This document shows, piece by piece, positions 1 to 10,500 of a stretch of DNA of 55,634 nucleotides. Within the stretch, counting starts at the first letter, position 1; each line of letters starts with the position of its first letter. The DNA is from an uncultured Bacilli bacterium (GTDB taxonomy: Bacteria > Bacillota_I > Bacilli_A > RFN20 > CAG-631), in contig CAKPZU010000002.1 in assembly GCA_934215405.1 (NCBI GenBank), forward strand, positions 1 to 55,634, in the 5' to 3' direction. The position numbers were made by a program, and so were the translations under genes. The notes beneath the pieces were generated by a model. The model saw only the letters and a program-made list of their open reading frames with translations. It was not told the DNA's origin and did no database searches.

Positions 1-111
1 TATTTATTGCATATGATTATGATTTAAATAGATTGCTTATATTAGATGATTATAAAGTTAATATAAACTAAATACAAACTACTAATCATATTATGCAAGG
101 TAATTTTTAGT

Positions 112-591
112 ATGAAAATTTATTATATAATAATGTTATCAGTACTTTTTATAATTACTATAGTGGTTAATAAACTATTAAAGAAAGATGATATTAAATC
201 ATATTTTGATTTAGGTGTTTTTTCAAGTTTAAAACTAGCAAAGGAAAAAGTTAATATGTCTACTGGATTAGCAGGATTTAATCAATATAGTCTTGATAAT
301 TTTAAAATAACTAAATTTGGTGTAAATTTTGATTTCAATATAAAAGACAAATCCAATGTTATTTTATATTGTATTACTCATGAGTATGATGATACTTCCG
401 ATAAATTTACTTATTGGTGGAATATATTTGGCTATTTTTCTAATATTGAAAAAGCAAAAAAACATGTTGAATATTTAAAAAAGCATAGTAGAGTTGGAAA
501 AAAATATCCAAACAATTTTGAAATTGTAGAAGTTAAAATTGATAGTTTTAATGAGTGGTCAGAAGGCTTTGAAAAAATAAATAAATTATAA
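112..591 (+). CDS. hypothetical membrane-anchored protein
   Basis: 159-aa ORF with an N-terminal hydrophobic helix (IIMLSVLFIITIVV). It contains two similar internal units (GVFSSLKLAKEKV and GYFSNIEKAKKHV). No family was recognised with certainty. Confidence 0.45.
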   Translation: MKIYYIIMLSVLFIITIVVNKLLKKDDIKSYFDLGVFSSLKLAKEKVNMSTGLAGFNQYSLDNFKITKFGVNFDFNIKDKSNVILYCITHEYDDTSDKFTYWWNIFGYFSNIEKAKKHVEYLKKHSRVGKKYPNNFEIVEVKIDSFNEWSEGFEKINKL

Positions 592-703
592 ATTAACCAA
601 GCTTGTAAAAGATTTAATAATAAAACCATTTAGTTTTATAGTTAAAGCCTATTCCATAGTACATTAATTTTTAATTATATTTGCTTAAAAAGAAGTGATT
701 TGA

Positions 704-1921
704 ATGAATTTAGATGAATTTTTATGGCATGCTAAAAGAGGACATGGTGAATGTATATTAGCATTAAAAAAAGAAAATCCTATATATTATAAAAATATTG
801 TTAAGAAAGTCTTTTTAAATAACTATGCTTTTTTAATAAATGATGAATATCGTTCAGCATTTGCATGTGAATTAATAAGTTTTTATAATGCTGATAATTT
901 CTTTTTAAGCTTGCTATGGAATAAAATTAAAAGGACAAAAATAGAAGATTATTATAATTTTGATTATTTAATTAATAATTTATATTTCATACTTAAAAGA
1001 AATAAAAAAATTAACTATGAGAAAAGAATTAAACATTTACTAATAAGCAATTTAAAAAAAGAACTTTTTTCATTTAATGAATGTTGTTCAATTAATTCTT
1101 TAATATCTTTAATATCTTTAATATCTTTAATAAATGATTTAAATATGAATATACATATTGAGGAAATAGTTCAACAACATTATATTAAATTCAATAATTC
1201 AAATTTGCATTTAGATGGTTATACTACAAATAATAATTTCCATTTTATTGAAAAAGAAGAAATAGAAGATTTTAATAAGCTATTAAATTGTATTTTAAAT
1301 GATGCTAACTTTAATAAACAATTACCAATTATTGCTACTTATATTACTAATGGCTCTATAGAGCTTTTATTAAAATATATAGAAGCTAATAAAGATATCG
1401 ATAATGCTATTAAAACCAACATTTTAAAAATTATTTTATTTAGTGATAAGAAAAATATTATAATTATGAAAAAACTAATTAATATTCTTGATAAAGTAAA
1501 TCTTGAACAAAGAAATATAATTTATGATATTTTAAGTGAAAAGAAATCAGTTAAATTGTTAAACACTTTAAGTAAAAGAAATCTTGAAAACAATTTTTAT
1601 ATTAGGTTACATTTAACTAATTACAATGAAAGCAAATATGAAAAATTACATAATAAAATAATAAAACTAAAAATAAACTATAGTAATTCAAATAACTGGT
1701 TTGCTGTTGAAAATGCCTTAATAAATTATTTTAATAAAAGATTAATAGATAAACGTTTACTTGTTGATTTAAAATATTTCTTTAAAAATGGATTATCATC
1801 AACTAGTAGATATAAAATAGCTATTATTTTAAAAAAATATAACATGCTTGATAATAATGAATTAAAAGCATTAAAATATGATGCGAATTATAAAATTAGA
1901 AAAATATTTAAGAATTATTAA
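704..1921 (+). CDS. hypothetical protein, helical and Asn/Lys/Leu-rich
   Basis: 405-aa uninterrupted ORF in an AT-rich background where random frames close quickly. It contains the in-frame SLI x4 microsatellite. No recognisable catalytic motif. Confidence 0.5.
   Translation: MNLDEFLWHAKRGHGECILALKKENPIYYKNIVKKVFLNNYAFLINDEYRSAFACELISFYNADNFFLSLLWNKIKRTKIEDYYNFDYLINNLYFILKRNKKINYEKRIKHLLISNLKKELFSFNECCSINSLISLISLISLINDLNMNIHIEEIVQQHYIKFNNSNLHLDGYTTNNNFHFIEKEEIEDFNKLLNCILNDANFNKQLPIIATYITNGSIELLLKYIEANKDIDNAIKTNILKIILFSDKKNIIIMKKLINILDKVNLEQRNIIYDILSEKKSVKLLNTLSKRNLENNFYIRLHLTNYNESKYEKLHNKIIKLKINYSNSNNWFAVENALINYFNKRLIDKRLLVDLKYFFKNGLSSTSRYKIAIILKKYNMLDNNELKALKYDANYKIRKIFKNY
1097..1132 (+). 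repeat. perfect 9-bp tandem repeat (tctttaata x4) encoding SLISLISLISLI
   Basis: Counted directly in the sequence. The unit length is a multiple of 3, so copy-number change would keep the frame. Confidence 0.95.
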
Positions 1922-2105
1922 CAAAATATATTAATAGCAAAGCATAAATATAAGCAATTAACTACATAATTATAGAACAATAGTAGTAAACTCTTTATAA
2001 ATCATTAATTAACTTTTGTTGAAACAAAATCTTACATTTTATTAAATGTAAGTGAAGTTAAAAAGCCTTGATAGTTTTTTAAGGATTTAAAAAAATAACA
2101 ACACT

Positions 2106-2140
2106 ACTCTCTTTAGGTAATACTATAGGGAGTTTTTGTT
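2106..2140 (+). terminator. possible rho-independent terminator downstream of the 704-1921 gene
   Basis: The 7-bp stem actctct/agggagt includes one G-U pair. It is followed by ttttgttt. A second 9-bp hairpin (cttacattt/aaatgtaag) lies at 2031-2052. Confidence 0.3.
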
Positions 2141-2188
2141 TATAAAATAATAAGGATAGATTAGTTCATATGCTTAAAAATTAAACAA

Positions 2189-4033
2189 TTAAAAGTATTT
2201 AGTAAGTTCATCTTTTGATGCTATCTTTACGTGTTTTCCACTAAAAGCTATTCCAATTTTTATAATTTTTGAAACGTGATCTAATTTCATTTTAGTATCA
2301 TACTTTTTATCACCAATTTGCATTAAAGCTTTTTTAGCTAATTCATCTAGTTTTTTTTCATCATTTGTTTGTTTAAATTCAAATATAAACCCAGGATCTT
2401 TTTTATCTATTGGGTATAATTCTATATCAAATCTACCAAATCCTGATTCTTTATTAGATTGAATTTTATAGTTACTATTAACAATAGCACAAAGGCCTAG
2501 CATCATTCCATGATAAAAGCTTTCACTAGCACTATCAAAAGATGAAATTGATTCTATCATAAAATCCTCAAGTGATTTTTGTAAAGCATCTATATTACCT
2601 TGAAATAAAGCTTGGCGAATTTTAATTGATATACTTTCATTTCCTGTTTTATCTAGTATTTCTTTTCCATACACAAATGCAATTTCCTTATTTGGAATTG
2701 CAACATCACACATATATCCACCATCATTTTGTGGATAGGTTTTAGTGATTTTTAAATATCCTGCAACAAGTAAAAAACTATATATACTATAAGGATTTTT
2801 ATTTATTTCTGGATATATTACACTTGTATCGATATAAGTTGTAACTTGCTCTCCTATTAGTAATTTATGTAAATTTTCTATAGTTTCATTTGTTGCATTT
2901 GCAACAATTTCACCAATGATATCATTACTACCTGTTGACAACCAAAAAGCTTGAGGAAAACATTTTTCAGCAACATAATTTATCACAGACCATGGGTTAA
3001 ATATTTCAGTATTACCAAATAAATAACCATCATACCACTTACATACCTCATCATATTTATCATCATAACTATAATAAGCTAATAGTTCCTTTACTTCATC
3101 TTTAGTAAATCCAAAATATTGACTATATTCATTATCTAAAATAGAATTAATTTTTATATTATTTAGGCCACTAAATATACTTTCTTTCGCAACTCTTAAT
3201 ATACCTGTTAAAAATCCATATGCAAGGCATGAATTATCTTTTAATCCACCAGAAAAGAAAGAACGCATGAAGTCAATTGTTTCATTGTAAAAGCCACATG
3301 TATGACCTTGTTGAATAGGAGTATCATATTCATCGATGATAATTACACACTCTTTTTCATAATGCTTAAATAAGAATAATGAAAGTAATTGTAATGACAT
3401 TTGATAATCTATTTCACTTGCTTCACCATTTGCAATTTTTCTATATTGTAATTTTTCATAAACATTCAATTTTTTGCTATTTTCTAGTTCATTATGGCGT
3501 AAATACTCCATTGAAATTAATTTTATTATTTTATCAAGTGTATCTTTCCATGTTTTACTTTTAACATCCTTAAATGTAAAAAATATAACTGGATATTGGC
3601 CTTGATATGCCATATAATTTCCTTTACAATTCCAAATTTTTGTATTCTTAAAAAAGTGTGATGTATCTTCATTTGTTTTTTCAAAAAACACACGTAGCAT
3701 ATCCATAGATAAAGTTTTACCAAAACGACGTGGACGTGTAAATAAAGATACTTGAGGCTTTGTATCCAAAAAATCTTTTATTAAAAGTGTTTTATCAACA
3801 TAATAATATTCAGTTATTGCTTTTTTAAAATCAGAAATTCCAATTGGTAATGGCTTTTGTTTTTTACCATCAAATAAACTTTCTTTATTATTTTCGATGT
3901 ATTCACTTGGTAAAAACCAACTTCTCCCTATTTTTTTTGCACCAATTATTTCTCCACTTTTACACATTTGTTGAATTCTACGTACAGATAGATTTAACTT
4001 TTCTGCCACTTTTTTACTTTCAATATATGCCAT
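2189..4033 (-). CDS. HTH-fused AAA-ATPase-like protein with C-terminal PD-(D/E)XK nuclease fold (AAA-ATPase_like + PDDEXK_9 type)
   Basis: There is an N-terminal excisionase/MerR-like HTH (LSVRRIQQMCKSGEIIGAKKIGRSWFLP). A P-loop-like segment (RPRRFGKTL) and Walker B (IIIDEYD) follow. The C-terminal GRFDIEL...FIFEFK matches a D...ExK nuclease motif. The start is placed at Met25 of the long ORF (4033). A TTGACA-N17-TATAAT promoter lies inside the 5' extension, and AGGTG sits 6 nt upstream of this ATG. Confidence 0.75.
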   Translation of the reverse strand: MAYIESKKVAEKLNLSVRRIQQMCKSGEIIGAKKIGRSWFLPSEYIENNKESLFDGKKQKPLPIGISDFKKAITEYYYVDKTLLIKDFLDTKPQVSLFTRPRRFGKTLSMDMLRVFFEKTNEDTSHFFKNTKIWNCKGNYMAYQGQYPVIFFTFKDVKSKTWKDTLDKIIKLISMEYLRHNELENSKKLNVYEKLQYRKIANGEASEIDYQMSLQLLSLFLFKHYEKECVIIIDEYDTPIQQGHTCGFYNETIDFMRSFFSGGLKDNSCLAYGFLTGILRVAKESIFSGLNNIKINSILDNEYSQYFGFTKDEVKELLAYYSYDDKYDEVCKWYDGYLFGNTEIFNPWSVINYVAEKCFPQAFWLSTGSNDIIGEIVANATNETIENLHKLLIGEQVTTYIDTSVIYPEINKNPYSIYSFLLVAGYLKITKTYPQNDGGYMCDVAIPNKEIAFVYGKEILDKTGNESISIKIRQALFQGNIDALQKSLEDFMIESISSFDSASESFYHGMMLGLCAIVNSNYKIQSNKESGFGRFDIELYPIDKKDPGFIFEFKQTNDEKKLDELAKKALMQIGDKKYDTKMKLDHVSKIIKIGIAFSGKHVKIASKDELTKYF

Positions 4034-4058
4034 ATTTACACCTATACTTTCTAAACCA

Positions 4059-4087
4059 ATTATACAAAGTATAACGAAATATGTCAA
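4059..4087 (-). promoter_or_regulatory. consensus sigma-70-type promoter TTGACA-N17-TATAAT for the HTH/ATPase gene
   Basis: The minus strand reads ttgaca tatttcgttatactttg tataat, with -35 at 4082-4087 and -10 at 4059-4064. The ATG at 4033 lies about 25 nt downstream. Confidence 0.6.
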
Positions 4088-4094
4088 ATTATTT

Positions 4095-4120
4095 TTCGTT
4101 TTCATTTCGTTTTCATTTCG
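4095..4120. repeat. 11-bp tandem repeat ttcgttttcat x2.4, part of a TTTCG/CGAAA motif cluster (4072-4150)
   Basis: Units at 4095-4105 and 4106-4116, with a partial unit at 4117-4120. There is also an inverted pair atttcgct/agcgaaat at 4115-4149. These are CG-containing motifs in an otherwise AT-rich spacer immediately upstream of the -35. Confidence 0.8.
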
Positions 4121-4235
4121 CTAAATGAAAAGTATTTCGTTTAAGCGAAATTTTACATAAACAATTCACTTTATTAGTCATATATAAATTTAAAATAATT
4201 TTATAGTTGATTGCATATAATGTAATGGTGATTTT

Positions 4236-5474
4236 ATGAAATATTATTTTGTAGGTATTAAAGGATCTGGAATGGCTGGACTAGCTTTAATTATCAAAAA
4301 TTTAGGAAATGATGTAAGAGGTGCTGATGTTGAGCATGAATTATTTACCCAATATCAATTAATTGAAAATGGAATAATTATCGATTCTCTTTCAAATATG
4401 CATTATGAGGATTATGATATAATTGTTTTAGGAAATGCTTTTATTGATAAATTTGATTTTCATGATAAAAAGACTATAACATATCAGGAATTATTAAGTA
4501 GTATTGTTAATAAATATTTCTCAATTGCTATTTGTGGAAGTCATGGAAAAACTACAACTACAAATATGATTAAGCATGTTTTATCACATAAATATGATAT
4601 TGGTTATTTAGTTGGTGATGGTCAAGGCTTTATGAGTAAAAATGCTAAATATTTTGTTTTTGAAGCTTGTGAGCACAGAGACCATTTTTTATCATACCAT
4701 CCAAATGTTATTATATGTACTAACATAGATTATGATCATGTTGAATACTTTAAAAATAAAAAGCAATATGTTGAATCATTTATGAACTTCTTTAATAATA
4801 GTAAGGAGGAATTGATTTTAAATCAAAATATTAGCTATTATAAAAAATGTCAAACATATGGTACCTTTAAAGCTAATGTATATGCTAGTAATATAAAATA
4901 TAAATTAGATGGAACATACTTTAATTTAACTATCAATAAAACTAAATATAAAAACTTATATCTACCATTTTTTGGAAAGCATCAGCTGGAGGATGCTTTA
5001 GCATGTATTAGCTGTTGCTTATATTTAAATATGAATTTAAAGGAAATTATTACATACCTTTCATCATACACTCAAGCAACAAGACGCCATAATGTAATGA
5101 TATATAATAGTAATGTTATTATTGATGATTATGGCCATCATCCAAGTGAAATAAAAGCCACTATTGCTGCTATAAAGCAAGAATTTAAAAAGAAAAAGCT
5201 AATCATTGTTTATCATCCAGATAGAGAAAAAAGACTAACAACATTCTTAAATGATTATAAAAATGCTTTTAAGAAAGCCAAAACTACTTATGTACTACCA
5301 TTTTTAAATAATACAGAAGAATCTATTAAAGCTATTAATAAATTAGTTGATAATAGAAAAATACTTAATTTCAATGAGAAATTTTATAAACGCTATAGTA
5401 ATCATATCTTCTTATTTACTGGCTCTAAGGATATGAATGAACAAATCAATAAGCTAAAAAAGTATTTAATGTAA
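4236..5474 (+). CDS. murC: UDP-N-acetylmuramate--L-alanine ligase (Mur ligase family)
   Basis: It has the N-terminal YFVGIKGSGMAGLA motif, the Mur-ligase P-loop CGSHGKTTTT and DDYGHHPSE in the C-terminal domain. Mpl cannot be excluded without an alignment. Confidence 0.72.
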   Translation: MKYYFVGIKGSGMAGLALIIKNLGNDVRGADVEHELFTQYQLIENGIIIDSLSNMHYEDYDIIVLGNAFIDKFDFHDKKTITYQELLSSIVNKYFSIAICGSHGKTTTTNMIKHVLSHKYDIGYLVGDGQGFMSKNAKYFVFEACEHRDHFLSYHPNVIICTNIDYDHVEYFKNKKQYVESFMNFFNNSKEELILNQNISYYKKCQTYGTFKANVYASNIKYKLDGTYFNLTINKTKYKNLYLPFFGKHQLEDALACISCCLYLNMNLKEIITYLSSYTQATRRHNVMIYNSNVIIDDYGHHPSEIKATIAAIKQEFKKKKLIIVYHPDREKRLTTFLNDYKNAFKKAKTTYVLPFLNNTEESIKAINKLVDNRKILNFNEKFYKRYSNHIFLFTGSKDMNEQINKLKKYLM

Positions 5475-5582
5475 AATAAATTATATTTATATGCAATAAA
5501 TTGCTTAATATAAATCAACCATTTAAAAACCATTTATTTATTGATATTATTATAATATGAAGCAACTTAGGAGAACAATTAT

Positions 5583-7136
5583 ATGAAAAAGAAAAGTCTT
5601 ATTTGCCTTATCGTTTCAGCATTATTAATATCTTGTCAAAATGTTAATACCTCAAGTAGTGAATTTGAATCATCAAGCGATTCTTCAATTATAGATTCAT
5701 CTAGCATATATGATTCATCATTAGAAAGTAGTGAAAGCAATAATGAATCAAGTAATGAAGAATCATCTAGTAGTGAAGAAATATCTAGCATTGAAGAATC
5801 ATCTAGCATTGAAGAAAGTAGTACTCTTGAAGAATTAACTCCAAAGCGTGAAAGAACTGATAAAAATATCAATAATTTTTTAGGTAGTGATAATGATTTA
5901 TATAGAATTAATATTACTACTGAAAATGAAGAGTTTTTAAAAAATAATATAGATGAATATACTAAAGGTTCTTTAAGTATTACTGAACAGGATGAAACTA
6001 AAGTAATACTAGATAGTAAAGCTATGGGTATAAAACTTCGTGGTAACTCAACAAGGTCTGCTTTAAAAAAGCCTTTTAAAATAAAATTTGATAAAAAGCA
6101 ATCATTATTTGGCTTAAAGGCCGCTAAAAAATGGGTATTATTAGCTAATTATTATGATAAATCTAACATAAGAAATTATTTAGCTTATTTAACAGCTAAT
6201 AAATTAACATATTTAGGATTCCAACCATCTTCTATTTTTGTTGATGTTTATTTAAATAATAATTATTATGGTTTATTCCTTCTTTGTGAGCAAATGGAAG
6301 AAAATAAAGGTCGCGTTGACGTTGAAGATAAAGTATCAGCTAATGGCTTAAGCTCATTCTTTTTAGAGGTTGATGAAAGAATAAAGGATGAATATAAAGA
6401 TGGTGAAGGGAAAGCATATTTTTACTTTCCAATTGAAGGCAAATCACCATATTATTTTTCATTTAAATATCCAAGCTATGATGATTATTTAGAATATATA
6501 GAAAAAAATGATGAAGAAAGCATTTCAAAATACGATAATAATATTTCATGGCTATATGAATTTTTATCAAATGCTTTATATTCACCTAACTATACAGATT
6601 ACTTAGATATCTCATCATTTATTGATTATTATTTAGTTGAAGAATTCTTTAAAAATGTTGATGTTGGTTCAACAAGTCAATTCTATTATATTGATTCATC
6701 ACAAGAAAATATTAAATTAACAGCTGGACCTGTTTGGGATTTTGATATAGCAAGTGGAGCAATTGATGATCATACTGGTGTTTATAATATGTATTATAAT
6801 AGTGAACTATTTGTTAGAGCTAGAGATCCATTATATGCAAAGCTATTTTTAAATGATGATTTTAGCAAATTAGTAAAAAAACGTTATCAAGAGGTAAGAG
6901 ATGAAGTGTTTTTATCTGTTTTTGACGAAATAGATATTGCTAAAGAAAAGCTAGCAAAAGCTCAAGAAAGAAATGTTAGTAAATGGCCATTAAGTACTGA
7001 AAGAAATACTTGGATTGAAATATATGCACTAGGAAATGATTATTTAGAATTAACTTCTATTAATGAGCACTATGATTACTTAACAAGCTTTTTAAAACGT
7101 CGTTTAAAGGCAATGGATTTTCACTATGGAAGATAA
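5583..7136 (+). CDS. CotH-family protein, predicted lipoprotein with Ser/Glu-rich linker
   Basis: The signal peptide carries the lipobox LLISC. A ~70-aa S/E low-complexity region follows. The CotH-like core includes KLRGNSTRSALKKPFKIKFDKKQ and KWVLLANYYDKSNIRNYL. Confidence 0.72.
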   Translation: MKKKSLICLIVSALLISCQNVNTSSSEFESSSDSSIIDSSSIYDSSLESSESNNESSNEESSSSEEISSIEESSSIEESSTLEELTPKRERTDKNINNFLGSDNDLYRINITTENEEFLKNNIDEYTKGSLSITEQDETKVILDSKAMGIKLRGNSTRSALKKPFKIKFDKKQSLFGLKAAKKWVLLANYYDKSNIRNYLAYLTANKLTYLGFQPSSIFVDVYLNNNYYGLFLLCEQMEENKGRVDVEDKVSANGLSSFFLEVDERIKDEYKDGEGKAYFYFPIEGKSPYYFSFKYPSYDDYLEYIEKNDEESISKYDNNISWLYEFLSNALYSPNYTDYLDISSFIDYYLVEEFFKNVDVGSTSQFYYIDSSQENIKLTAGPVWDFDIASGAIDDHTGVYNMYYNSELFVRARDPLYAKLFLNDDFSKLVKKRYQEVRDEVFLSVFDEIDIAKEKLAKAQERNVSKWPLSTERNTWIEIYALGNDYLELTSINEHYDYLTSFLKRRLKAMDFHYGR

Positions 7137-7572
7137 AATTGCAGTCAGTGCTTGCTTAGTTGGTAAAAATACCAAATATGATGGTAAAAACAACTATAAT
7201 GAAGCAGTAATTGAATATATAAAGGATAAAAAGGTTATTTTAATTTGTCCAGAGGTTAGTGGAAATATGAGCATTCCACGAATCCCTGGTGAAATAAAAG
7301 ATAACAAGGTTATTAACAAAATAAATGAAGATAAAACCGCAAACTTTTATAATGGTGCTAAAAAAGAATTAGATAAGCTTATTAAAGAAAATGTCAAAAT
7401 TATAATCGTTAAGGAAAAAAGCCCAAGCTGTGGGCTAAAATACATCTATGATGGAACTTTTTCAGGAAAGATAATTAATGGAAGTGGCATTTTCACTTCC
7501 TTAGCCTTAAAACATAATTTCACTATCTATAGTGAAAAGGATATCGAAAGAATAATTAGAAAAAAGAACTGA
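7126..7572 (+). CDS. DUF523 (2-thiouracil desulfurase-like) family protein
   Basis: 148 aa with the SACLVG...KYDG, CPEV and SPSCG cysteine motifs typical of DUF523. It overlaps the upstream stop by 11 nt. Confidence 0.68.
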   Translation: MEDKIAVSACLVGKNTKYDGKNNYNEAVIEYIKDKKVILICPEVSGNMSIPRIPGEIKDNKVINKINEDKTANFYNGAKKELDKLIKENVKIIIVKEKSPSCGLKYIYDGTFSGKIINGSGIFTSLALKHNFTIYSEKDIERIIRKKN

Positions 7573-7590
7573 AAGGTTCTTTTTATTTTA
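7561..7590. terminator. bidirectional hairpin terminator between convergent DUF523 and addA genes
   Basis: The stem aaaaagaac (7561-7569) pairs with gttcttttt (7576-7584), with loop tgaaag. The hairpin overlaps both stop codons and has T/A runs on both sides. Confidence 0.55.
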
Positions 7591-10500
7591 ATCTTATTAT
7601 TTCGTTTTTTAATATTGAGTATAAATAAATATTAACCTTTTTATTGCTTTTACCTTCAATATATTTTTTATAGCTATTTAATTGCTTTATATAAGCTTCA
7701 TCTTCAGTATGTGATAGCTTATAATCAATAATATTAATATAAGTATCATATTCAAGCATTAGGTCAATAATCCCATGTATTTGCTTATTATCATCAAGAT
7801 AAATAAATTCATATTCCTTATAAATATTAGCATTTTTAATATTTTTATTTATATCTTGATTTAAAAAGCTAGTAATTAATTTATTTTCATTCTTATTATA
7901 TAAAGAAGCATCATAGTTTTTAAAATCAACACCTTCAAATAATTCATGATAAGCTATACCCTTTTCCATGATTTCTTTAATGCTTTCTTCAATTAAAGCT
8001 ACCTCATCCTTAGAAGCATGAGCTAAAGTAATTTCATGTGAATTATTTATATTAGTTTTGTTTACTATTTTACTATCGATTTTTTTAAAATAATCATTAT
8101 AATTAGCACTACTAGCTTTTAAATAATCATCATTAATATTAAGTGTTAATGGATCAATCTCTTTTATGTTATCTTTTAAAACATTATTTAAGGAAGCATA
8201 AATAGCTTTAAAGCTATTATATTTTTTTCTATAAGCAATTGAAAATATTTCATCATCTAAAGCATATTCCTTACCAGTTAATTGATTTAATACTATCATT
8301 TGCTCTCTAGCTCTTGTTAAAGCTACATATAGTAAACGTATTTTTTCTGAAATCATACTAACCTTATTATTTTCCTTCATCAATAAAAAGTTAATATTTT
8401 TCCCTTCACCATTTAAATAAAATGGAGCAATAAAGCCATATTTATTATCATAAATCAATTTATCCTTATATTCGCTTTTATTAAATTCCTTATCATTATT
8501 AATAAAATAAACTATCGGAAATTCTAAGCCCTTTGATTTATGAATTGTCATTATTTTAACCTTATTAGATGTTAATCCAGATGATTGAAATTCCATTTTA
8601 TCATTATTTTTATAAATACTATCAATATAGCTATTAAAATCAAAAATTGTTAAATCTAGCTTTTCAAATGAAGAAATTAAATTTAACAAATATTCAATTC
8701 TTGTTATATTTTGTTTAACATTACCAATAGTAATTAATTTTTCATAAATATTAAATTCATCTAATATTTCTTCAAAAACATTAACAAAAGGCTTTATACA
8801 TATTTCCTTTGAAAGCTTATGAATAATATTATATAGTTGGCTTTCCTTAAAGGTATTTAATGATAAATAATCAAAAATTTCTCCATCACTATAAGACATT
8901 ATAAAAGAACGGGCAACGCTTAAAAATGAATGCTTAAATGATTCATCATATATTTTGCTATAATCTAAAACAATTAAATTAACAATGTTTTTTAATAAAA
9001 TAATGATTTCGCCACTACCAACCTCAACATTTTTAAAAACTAAACAAGGTATATGATTATATGATAATAGTTTTTCTAAGCTATCAAATAATGAGCTATC
9101 ACTCATTAAAATAGCAAAATCCTTATATGTACAATCTCTAAATTCCTTACTATCCTTATCATATACTTGCTCTTTATTATTTATTTTATAAAGTATATCC
9201 TTAGCCACATAAAACATATCAACATCTTTACTTTTATATAAATCTTTATTTTTTAAATATTGTATGAATGTTATTTTGTTTTCATTGCTTTTCTTTTCAT
9301 AATCAAGCAAGCCAAAATGCATACGATGTGATTCCTTAAAGTTAGCATTCCCTATAGCATCATCCATTATATGATCAAAGATATCATTAATAGTTTTTAA
9401 AACAACCCTATTACTTCTAAAGTTATTATTTAAATCTATTTTTTTACCATTTATATGCTTACTATATAAATCATATTTTTCCTTAAATATTAAAGGATTA
9501 GCATTTCTAAAGCCATAGATTGATTGCTTTACATCACCAACCATATAAACATTATTATTACTAATATAGGAAATGAATTCCTCTTGAATATCGTTAGTAT
9601 CTTGATATTCATCAACTAATATTTCCTTAAAGGTATTTTTTAATTCATTTTGAATGCTTTTATTATCACGAACTACTTTAATTGCCATTTTTGCAATATC
9701 AATAAATTCAAACATTTCATATTTTAATTTATATTCATCAATTTGCTTAAAGTATTTCTTTAAAATATCTATTAAAATTAAAACATAATCATAGCTATTA
9801 AAGTAGCATTCTTTTATTTGCTTACTATCCTTATAAATGCATAATTCCTTTAATTCATCTAATGTATCCTTAATAGTATCCTTTAATATTTTGATATTTT
9901 CTTCTAAATTTTTAAGAATTGGAAATTGAATATTACAATTAGCACTTATCATTTCATAGGATTTAGAATCTAATAGTTCTTGTAACTTAGTGTATATTTT
10001 TAAAAACTTATCTTCATCAAGATTTTTGATTAATATTAAATTTTCTTTAATGAAATCTAGCTTTTCATATAATAAATCCATATATTCATTATATATTTTA
10101 TTATAATAATCATCATTAAAATAATTAGCTAAATAGCTATTTAAAAATTCATCTCTATTTGTTTTTAAATCAATTTTACTAGCTATTTTTAATATTTCTT
10201 CCTTTAAGGTCGTATCATTTTTATTAGTTAATTCTTTTATTAATCTATTAAAATTAATATCATTTATTGAATAATATTCATTAAATATATTATCAAGTAT
10301 TTCATTCTTTTTAACATTTAATAAGCAATCATCAACTATTGAAACATTAGCGCTTAAATTCATCTTAATATGATATTTTTTTACAATTGCTAAAGAAAAG
10401 CTATCAAAAGTTGTAATATAAGCATTATCAACCTCACTTATTCTATTTTTTAGATTTTCATCCTGAAGCATTTTTTTAACAATTCTTTCTTTCATTTCAC

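Noticed and set aside
1-71. A frame open from the window edge to TAA at 69-71 (…FIAYDYDLNRLLILDDYKVNIN*), possibly the 3' end of an upstream gene.
   Set aside because: Only 23 codons are visible and there is no motif. It is plausible but cannot be supported, so it is not listed as a feature.
4034-4105. The N-terminal 24-codon extension (MKTKNNLTYFVILCIIGLESIGVN) of the HTH/ATPase ORF.
   Set aside because: The extension itself contains a perfect TTGACA-N17-TATAAT promoter and the RBS for the internal ATG at 4033. It is therefore most likely untranslated.
5475-5582. Promoter-like TTGATA and TATAAT hexamers upstream of the CotH gene, and similar hexamers upstream of murC (4200-4222).
   Set aside because: The hexamer spacing (3-4 nt) is incompatible with a functional -35/-10 pair. 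AT-rich DNA generates many such chance matches.
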